From Macrostomum lignano (taxonomy: Eukaryota), in NCBI GenBank assembly GCA_002269645.1, contig NIVC01000538.1:310001-374000 (forward strand): a stretch of 64,000 nt of DNA, given 5' to 3'. How positions within the stretch are numbered: the first letter of the stretch is position 1; each line of letters opens with the position of its first letter. Below, in pieces: positions 45,001 through 64,000 of the stretch. The notes beneath the pieces are model-generated. The model worked only from the letters and a program-made list of their open reading frames with translations, did not search any database and was not told the origin of the DNA. Both the position numbers and the translations under genes were made by a program.

Positions 45001-47043
45001 CATCTGTGTGCCTCACTCACCCCTGTGTGCCTCACTCACCCCTGTGTGCCTCACTCACTCATCTGTGTGCCTCACTCACTCATCTGTGTGCCTCACTCAC
45101 TCATCTGTGTGCCTCACTCACTCATCTGTGTGCCTCACTCACTCATCTGTGTGCCTCACTCACTCATCTGTGTGCCTCACTCACCCCTGTGTGCCTCACT
45201 CACCCATATATGTGCCTCCCTCACTCATCTGTGTGCCTCACTCACCCCTGTGTGCCTCACTCACTCATATATGTGCCTCCCTCACTCATCTGTGTGCCTC
45301 ACTTCATTTACTCACTCATCTGTGTGCCTCACTTCATTTACTCACTCATCTGTGTGTGCCTCACTCATCTGTTCACCCATCTCACTCTATCCAACCACCT
45401 CTCTCCTCTATCCACTCTGCAACTGCAGGCAGCCACGGCGACAATGGAGCCGCCATTGCGGACGCCGTCCTGCCGGGAGTCGCCTTCACCGAGAAGAATG
45501 CCACCTACGTGAATACGGAGGGCCGCGCCCAGCAGACCCGGCTGGCCGTCTCGTCGCCCGGCGCCGCCCGCGAGGACTGGAAAATTGTCCGCGCCCTGTC
45601 CGAACTGGCTGGCGCTCCGCTGCCGTACGACAACCTCAACCAGGTGCGCGCGCGGATGGCGCAGATTGCGCCGCATCTGACTCGCTATGACAGCGTTGAA
45701 GAGGCCAACTACTTTAGCCAGTGCCTGCAGCTGGCCAAGTCGGTAAGCTTCTCGTGGCTTTTTGCTTTGCTGCCGCCTCGGGTTGGGCGACTGCCAATCT
45801 CCCATGTTAATCCCAGTTGCTGGGCCAGCCTCCCAGATCCCCAGTTACTAGGCCAGCCTCCTAAGGGGGCCGTAGCCCAGCGGTAGCGCAGCTGCTCTGG
45901 TGTGCCAGCGACCCAGGCTCGATTCCAAGTGCAGTCACATTAATTTTGGGCTGAATTGGAATCTCGGCTTGGCTCTGCTCGTGCAATTAATGGCCTTGAG
46001 AGCCAACCCCCCAAGGCGCAGTGAAGTGTACATGCCTAACGATAAAATAAAGTTAGGGCCGCTGTACACTCCTGTGTGAGTGTGTGCCTGCGTACGTATC
46101 CGCGCGCTTGTATGCCTGCTCAGGGGAGTCGGCGGAATGGGCAGTAATGCCTCTCGCCGGTTGTGTGCCTATGTCGCTTAAAGTGCGACAGGGTGCACAC
46201 AACCCCCCTGCCTCTAATAAAAAAAATAGGCCAACCTCCCAGATCCTGAGTTTCTGGGCCAGTCTCCCAGCTCAGTTGCTGGGCCAGCCTCTCAATTCCT
46301 CAGTTTCTGGGCCAGCATCCCAGTTTCTCAGTTGCTTGGCCAGCCTCCCACATCCTCAGTTGTTGACAGCCTCCCAGACCCTCAGTTGCTGGGCCAGCCT
46401 CTCAGACCCTCAGTTGCTGGGCCAGCCTCCCAGACCCTCAGTTGCTGGGCCAGCCTCCCAGACCCTCAGTTGCTGGGCCAGCCTCCCAGACCCTCAGTTG
46501 CTGGGCCAGCCTCCCAGACCCTCAGTTGCTGGGCCAGCCTCCCACATCCTCAGTTGTTGAGCAAGCCTCCCAGATCCTCAGTTTCTGTGCCAGCCTCTCA
46601 GATCCTCAGTTGCTGGGCCAGCCTCTCAGACCCTCAGTTTCTGGGCCAGCCTCTCAGACCCTCAGTTTCTGGGCCAGCCTCCCAGACCCTCAGTTTCTGG
46701 GCCAGCCTCCCAGACCCTCAGTTGCTGGGCCAGCCTCCCAGACCTACGTCTTGTAGGTACTCGTATTTCGGTGCATGTAATATCCAATAGTTTAAATTCG
46801 TATTAATTTAACACCCCAAGCACTCTATTGTCAGTAGCAGCAGCGGGCACGCGCAGTGCATTTTGCACATCTAAATTAATCAGTTTCGGCCAATTTCAGC
46901 CCGGAGACGCGAAGCTGGACGCGGCGCCGATCCGGCTGTCGCTGATGGACCTGCCGGACTTCTACATGACGGACGCCATCTCCAGGTCATCGCTCACAAT
47001 GGCCAAATGCGTGCAGGCCGCCAGCAAGCCGACCAAGTACTGA
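38588..47043 (+). CDS. NDUFS1: NADH:ubiquinone oxidoreductase 75-kDa subunit, mitochondrial precursor (7 exons, 732 aa)
   Basis: Exons 38588-39001, 40067-40294, 40720-41022, 43051-43518, 44602-44929, 45429-45742, 46900-47043. All GT-AG, phases consistent, 2199 nt including stop. Fe-S motifs [48 protein letters not shown]; Ala/Arg-rich transit peptide. Confidence 0.97.
39060..40040 (+). repeat. Intronic minisatellite, ~21-24 bp unit gcctcccaagaatcgccctgaga
   Basis: Fills NDUFS1 intron 1. Confidence 0.95.
40067..40294 (+). CDS. NDUFS1: NDUFS1 exon 2
   Basis: [10 protein letters not shown]...GRGNDMQ. Confidence 0.96.
40325..40575 (+). repeat. Intronic minisatellite, 25-bp unit tgaggtagcagcggagtgaaaggcc
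   Basis: NDUFS1 intron 2. Confidence 0.95.
40720..41022 (+). CDS. NDUFS1: NDUFS1 exon 3
   Basis: IGTYVEK...[13 protein letters not shown]...KRQRLVAPM. Confidence 0.96.
41050..43020 (+). repeat. Two abutting intronic arrays: 36-bp tcagtcagtgagtgccgctaccccacactccctccc (to ~41845) and ~16-bp agcaatcagacaacag
   Basis: NDUFS1 intron 3. Confidence 0.95.
43051..43518 (+). CDS. NDUFS1: NDUFS1 exon 4
   Basis: [16 protein letters not shown]...[14 protein letters not shown]...HPFAK. Confidence 0.96.
43555..44400 (+). repeat. Intronic minisatellite, 29-bp unit actgctcaggactgtcagggtgtatctga
   Basis: NDUFS1 intron 4. Confidence 0.95.
44602..44929 (+). CDS. NDUFS1: NDUFS1 exon 5
   Basis: [14 protein letters not shown]...[18 protein letters not shown]...VVYIG. 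Confidence 0.95.
44943..45370 (+). repeat. Intronic minisatellite, 21-bp unit tgtgtgcctcactcactcatc
   Basis: NDUFS1 intron 5. Confidence 0.95.
45429..45742 (+). CDS. NDUFS1: NDUFS1 exon 6
   Basis: SHGDNGA...[14 protein letters not shown]...[13 protein letters not shown]. Confidence 0.96.
45865..46226 (+). mobile_element. tRNA-derived SINE in NDUFS1 intron 6
   Basis: tRNA-like head (ggggccgtagcccagcggtag A-box, ggctcgattcc B-box), A-rich tail at ~46216-46226, flanked by taggccagcctcc / taggccaacctcc. Confidence 0.55.
46227..46742 (+). repeat. Intronic minisatellite, 28-bp unit ctgggccagcctcccagaccctcagttg (also ~45810-45860)
   Basis: NDUFS1 intron 6. Confidence 0.93.
46900..47043 (+). CDS. 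NDUFS1: NDUFS1 exon 7
   Basis: PGDAKLD...[18 protein letters not shown]...TGA. Confidence 0.93.
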   Translation, partial: PGDAKLDAAPIRLSLMDLPDFYMTDAISRSSLTMAKCVQAASKPTKY

Positions 47044-48009
47044 GGCGCTGAACTCCAAAGAAAATAGAAACTGATTCATTAGCGCAGATCCTTCAGTGCA
47101 CAGTTTCTCTCGATTTGCGTTTTTTTTCGGTTGCCCTTCGCCCAGCTGTAACTGTTGGCATGGGCTGGACTGGTGGAACTGATACGGGCTGTCACTATGC
47201 ATAAATATAGATTTCATTTCGGGAATTCGCGTGTAGTCTATAGGTCCGTGTGCACTCTGGCGTCTTATACATACTACTTGTGTATTTTCCCCGACAGTAG
47301 TGATGCATATATAAAAAAGCTAGGATAGAATCGATATTGTAAATGTTAGAAACTGCCATTTTATATCGTTGTGCACCCCCTCCACTGCTGTCCCTGCTTC
47401 CCTCCCTACTGTAGACCTGAAGTTACCCAATTCATCATAACTAGTAGGTGGAACTCTTGTAGCAAGCTTAGAAATGATGTTTAATATAAACTCTAGAACC
47501 GCATCTATAAATAAATAAATAAATAAATAAAAATTAATTGAAATGAAATTTCAAACCGGCCCTTTTTAGGCGTTCTTGTTTAGGCCTACGCATGTCCGTT
47601 TATTTTTTTGTTGCTGTTAAGCGGTTGTTTCGTGTTTAAAATCATATCGATTTTTTAGGCTTGTTTTTATGCACTTTGATTTCATATTGGAGATGTGCAA
47701 TACGATGAACTAGTTTTTTGTCATAACAGGCTAGGCTATGACAGGCTTCACTGCAGATGGCGTGCTGACTGTGTTAGATAAGATTGACTCAATCCAATAC
47801 TCCTAACCCCCTCTGCTTTGAGCCATGGATTTCTGAGGACAGTATCTGGACTGCTTAGGCGAGTAAATAAATAAGCAACTCTTCCCCTCAGCGCAGTCTG
47901 ACTAAGCATTCAGACTATTGATTAAGTAAACTTGAGACGCCTTAATAGGTAGTTAAACGCCAAAAAAAATTTGACAAGAATCTGAGTTTTAGCACCTGAA
48001 TGATCGCTT

Positions 48010-48865
48010 GAGTGCTGTATGAATGCTTGAATTCTGTAAAGAATGCTTGAGTTCTGTAAAGAATGCTTGAGTTCTGTAATGAATACTTGATTGCTGTATG
48101 AATGCTTGAATTCTGTAAAGAATGCTTGAGTTCTCTAAAGAATGCTTGAGTTCTGTAATGAATGCTTGAGTTCTGTAATGAATGCTTGAGTTCTGTAATG
48201 AATGCTACGAGTTCTGTAATGAATGCTACGAGTTCTGTAATGGATGCTACGAGTTCTGTAATGAATGCTTGAGTTCTGTAAAGAATGCTTGAGTTCTGTA
48301 ATGAATACTTGAGTGCTGTATGAATGCTTGAGTTCTGTAAAGAATGCTTGAGTTCTCTTAAGAATGCTTGAGTTCTGTAATGAATGCTTGAGTTCTGTAA
48401 TGAATGCTACGAGTTCTGTAATGGATGCTACGAGTTCTGTAATGAATGCTTGAGTTCTGTAAAGAATGCTTGAGTTCTGTAATGAATACTTGAGTGCTGT
48501 ATGAATGCTTGAGTTCTGTAAAGAATGCTTGAGTTCTCTTAAGAATGCTTGAGTTCTGTAATGAATGCTTGAGTTCTGTAATGAATGCTACGAGTTCTGT
48601 AATGAATGCTTGAGTTCTCTAAAGAATGCTCGTGTTCTGTAATGAATGTCTGAGTGCTGCAATGAATTATTGAGTGCTGTAATTAATACTTCAGTGCTGT
48701 AATGAATACTTGAGTTCTGTAATGAATGCTTGAATTCTGTAATGAGTACTTGAATTCTGTAATAAATGCTTGAATTCTGTAATGAATACTTGAATTCTGT
48801 AATGAATACTTGAATTCTGTAATGAATACTTGAATTCTGTAATGAATGCTTGAGTGCTGTAATAA
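48010..48865 (+). repeat. 20-bp minisatellite ttctgtaatgaatgcttgag
   Basis: Tandem array seen directly. Confidence 0.95.
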
Positions 48866-49779
48866 GCTTTAGTTGAAGCAAAAATTGAAAGTCAATTCAA
48901 ACTATTTTGTATAAAGAAATGTGACGTGCGCCTGTGCCCTCCTGCTTTCCAGTCCAATTTTCCTGAGGTCCTTGGTTGCACTCGAGCTCCGAACGCTGTC
49001 GTGTTGACTGCTTTTTCCCATTTAACCGCCGCCCCCCCCCCTACTGCATTCATTCATTGGGATCGGTTCAGTTCAGTAGCGTATATTATATTCATTCACA
49101 GCTAGCTAGCGGGCCGCCCACTCTCTACTCTGCACAGCAGTGAGTACAGCAGTTGAGCATAGTTAGCACGCGAGTCCAGCTAGCTAGACCTTTTACCCCT
49201 TACTAATATAGTTTGAGGAAGCTTAGCTAATATTAATCACATGGCAGCCCCGGCCTGTGTGCTAATAAGCATACTAGCACTCTCTGACTCTGCCCCACTG
49301 TGGGTATTATCGGGTTGCATAGTCATAGTCAGCGGAAAAGTAACTCTGAGCGCTCCAGAGAGGAGAGAGAGAGGATATAGTGAGTGTTGTGGTGCGAACA
49401 GCCGAGGGGATTTCGGGCAATTTTCCTCCCCTACTCATTGCTTGTGTTCTATCTGACTGTGCGCGCCCCTCGTTGATTGGATGTTGAGCACATGGAGAGG
49501 GGTGGAGGGCGTTGCCTCGGTATGCATTTATGAATATCAGCGTGTTCGACAAAAGTGAATTTTGAAAAACAAACTTTTTCTCTGCCACGACTCTCGACTG
49601 ACAAGTGAGCAGATCCATCCGTTTTAGTATATTGATTCGTTTCCGCTGATATATCAGGCAATGAATTGTATTGAATAAATGGATAGTCGATAGTGTAAGT
49701 CTGCTTTGCATGACTGATTGACCAAGAATATATATCTCTGCTATTAGTGATCTGCAAGTGTGCGATCGCCTGTCTATAT

Positions 49780-50560
49780 TGCTTTCTGTTCGTCTGTTTG
49801 TTCCTGTCTGTATTGTGTGTTTCTCTGTATTGCCTGTTCCTGTTTGTATTGCCTGTTCCTGTCTGTATTATCTGTTCCTGTCTGTATTGCCTGTTCCTGT
49901 CTATTGTCTGTTCCTGTCTATATTGCCTGTTTCTGTCTGTATTGCCTGTTCCTGTCTGTATTGCCTGTTCCTGTCTGTATTGCCTGTTCCCGTCTGTATT
50001 GCCTGTTCCTGTCTGTATTGTCTGTTCCTGTCTGTATTGTCTGTTTCTGTCTGTATTGCCTGTTTCTGTCTGTATTGCCTGTTCCTGTCTGTATTGCCTG
50101 TTCCTGTCTGTATTGTCTGTTCCTGTCTGTATTGTCTGTTCCTGTCTGTATTGTCTGTTTCTGTCTGTATTGTCTGTTCCTGTCTGTATTGCCTGTTCCT
50201 GTCTGTATTGCCTGTTCCTGTCTGTATTGTCTGTTCCTGTCTGTATTGTCTGTTTCTGTCTGTATTGTCTGTTCCTGTCTGTATTGCCTGTTCCTGTCTG
50301 TATTATCTGTTCCTGTCTGTATTGCCTGTTCCTGTCTGTATTATCTGTTTCTGTCTGTATTGTCTGTTTCTGTCTGTATTGCCTGTTCCTGTCTGTATTA
50401 TCTGTTTCTGTCTGTATTGCCTGTTTCTGTCTGTATTGCCTGTTTCTGTCTGTATTGTCTGTTTCTGTCTGTATTGCCTGTTTCTGTCTGTATTGCCTGT
50501 TTCTGTCTGTATTGTCTGTTCCTGTCTGTATTGACTGTTCCTGTCTGTTCCTGTCAGTGT
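49780..50560 (+). repeat. 19-bp minisatellite tgtctgtattgcctgttcc
   Basis: Tandem array seen directly. Confidence 0.95.
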
Positions 50561-50939
50561 CTCCAATATTCCCATTTGTCCGTATGGCTGTCTCTTCTAT
50601 CATTCTTCAGCGACTCTGCGTGTGTGGAAATTTCCAGTCTCAATGCCGCCTTCTGCCTGCTTATTTTGAATTATATTATCGCTACTCCTGCAGCGCCAGT
50701 GCATCCCCATCTGCCAACAAGATTTGTCATTTCACTTTTCGAAAAGCTTCTCTGTCAGTTTAGTTCACAAGCCCTCAGTTGAGTCAGAGGCACTTCTAGA
50801 TTTTAAATTAGCAATCCATTTATTTGCAGACAGCAGTGATTAGTTAATAAATTTGACTTTACTCCTTTCCCTTGTTGTTGTTGCAGACTGTCTGCTTTCG
50901 CGAACTAATCGCCCGCCCTCCATTAGCCGGAACGCCATC

Positions 50940-63478
<12,539 letters not shown>

Positions 63479-63730
63479 GTAGGGCGATGGGATCATTGTG
63501 GATGGGAACGGAGGATCATAACGAAGGGATAGAGATTATAGCGAAGGGATAGAGAAGATCATAACAAAGGGATCGAGAAATCATAGCGAAGGGATAGAGA
63601 AAATCATAGCGGTGAGACTGGATCATTGTCGAAAAAAGTGTTCATTTCATTGAAAGATTGGTTATTTGACGTAAAATACGAGCGTAGACCGCTCTGCAGG
63701 CATTATGTACCTAACCTATCGTACATACAT

Positions 63731-63886
63731 GCGCAACCTAGGGATTCACCTGGCCGTTTCTATTGGCAACACACACATGTAAGTCGCTATTGGCTGAGAG
63801 CAGTCACGTGACTACTATTCCGTCCAATAGCGACTTACATGTGTGTGTTGCCAATAGAAACGGCCAGGTGAATCCCTAGGTTGCGC
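63731..63886. mobile_element. 156-bp foldback element (MITE-like), perfect 63-bp inverted arms
   Basis: 63731-63793 is the exact reverse complement of 63824-63886; 30-nt spacer. Confidence 0.85.
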
Positions 63887-64000
63887 CCAAGCATGCTATC
63901 AGACAGCCTGTGAGTGTCTGACAATGAATTTTACTAATCTCTAACCAATCCAGGCCTTCCTAAAGGACATGGCTAGCAGTGTTTTAGACGGCCAGGGTGT

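Noticed and set aside
45865-45945. tRNA gene (also 59498-59550)
   Set aside because: A/B boxes are present but I could not fold a convincing cloverleaf, and SINE bodies follow.
38588-47043. Bacterial nuoG or organellar insertion
   Set aside because: Six GT-AG introns and a mitochondrial transit peptide show it is the nuclear NDUFS1 gene.
49449-50782. Cys-rich and Gln/Thr-rich ORFs of 258-384 aa
   Set aside because: Products of the 19-bp minisatellite; similar artefacts occur at 39051-40213, 51478-52018, 56827-57778, 61504-62029 and 62545-63140.

Overview
Intron-containing eukaryotic (invertebrate animal) genomic DNA. GC-rich exons and minisatellite-filled introns suggest a Macrostomum-like flatworm, but that is inference only. 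The left ~38 kb is a nested transposon cluster. It holds a Penelope-like retroelement with an N-terminal ALKBH2/3-type dioxygenase domain, a solo LTR, a young near-intact Ty3/gypsy element with identical 205-bp LTRs, Helitron fragments, MITEs and a gypsy integrase remnant. It also holds a gypsy element with an intact extra ORF (degenerate J-domain plus degenerate TatD fold) at the env position, a BEL/Pao element fused in frame to that gypsy pol, another deleted gypsy copy, and a P-element/THAP9-type transposase relic that fades into a ~3.4-kb CpG-depleted, TpA-rich zone. The right ~26 kb carries two + strand host genes: a complete 7-exon NDUFS1 (complex I 75-kDa subunit, 732 aa by my splicing) and the 5' part of a MADD/DENN/AEX-3 gene that runs off the window. 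Almost every intron contains a different tandem repeat. The most promising novelties are the J-domain/TatD cargo ORF in the LTR element, the AlkB-RT Penelope-like element and the hypermutated zone. All homology calls are by eye from remembered family motifs; no searches were run.
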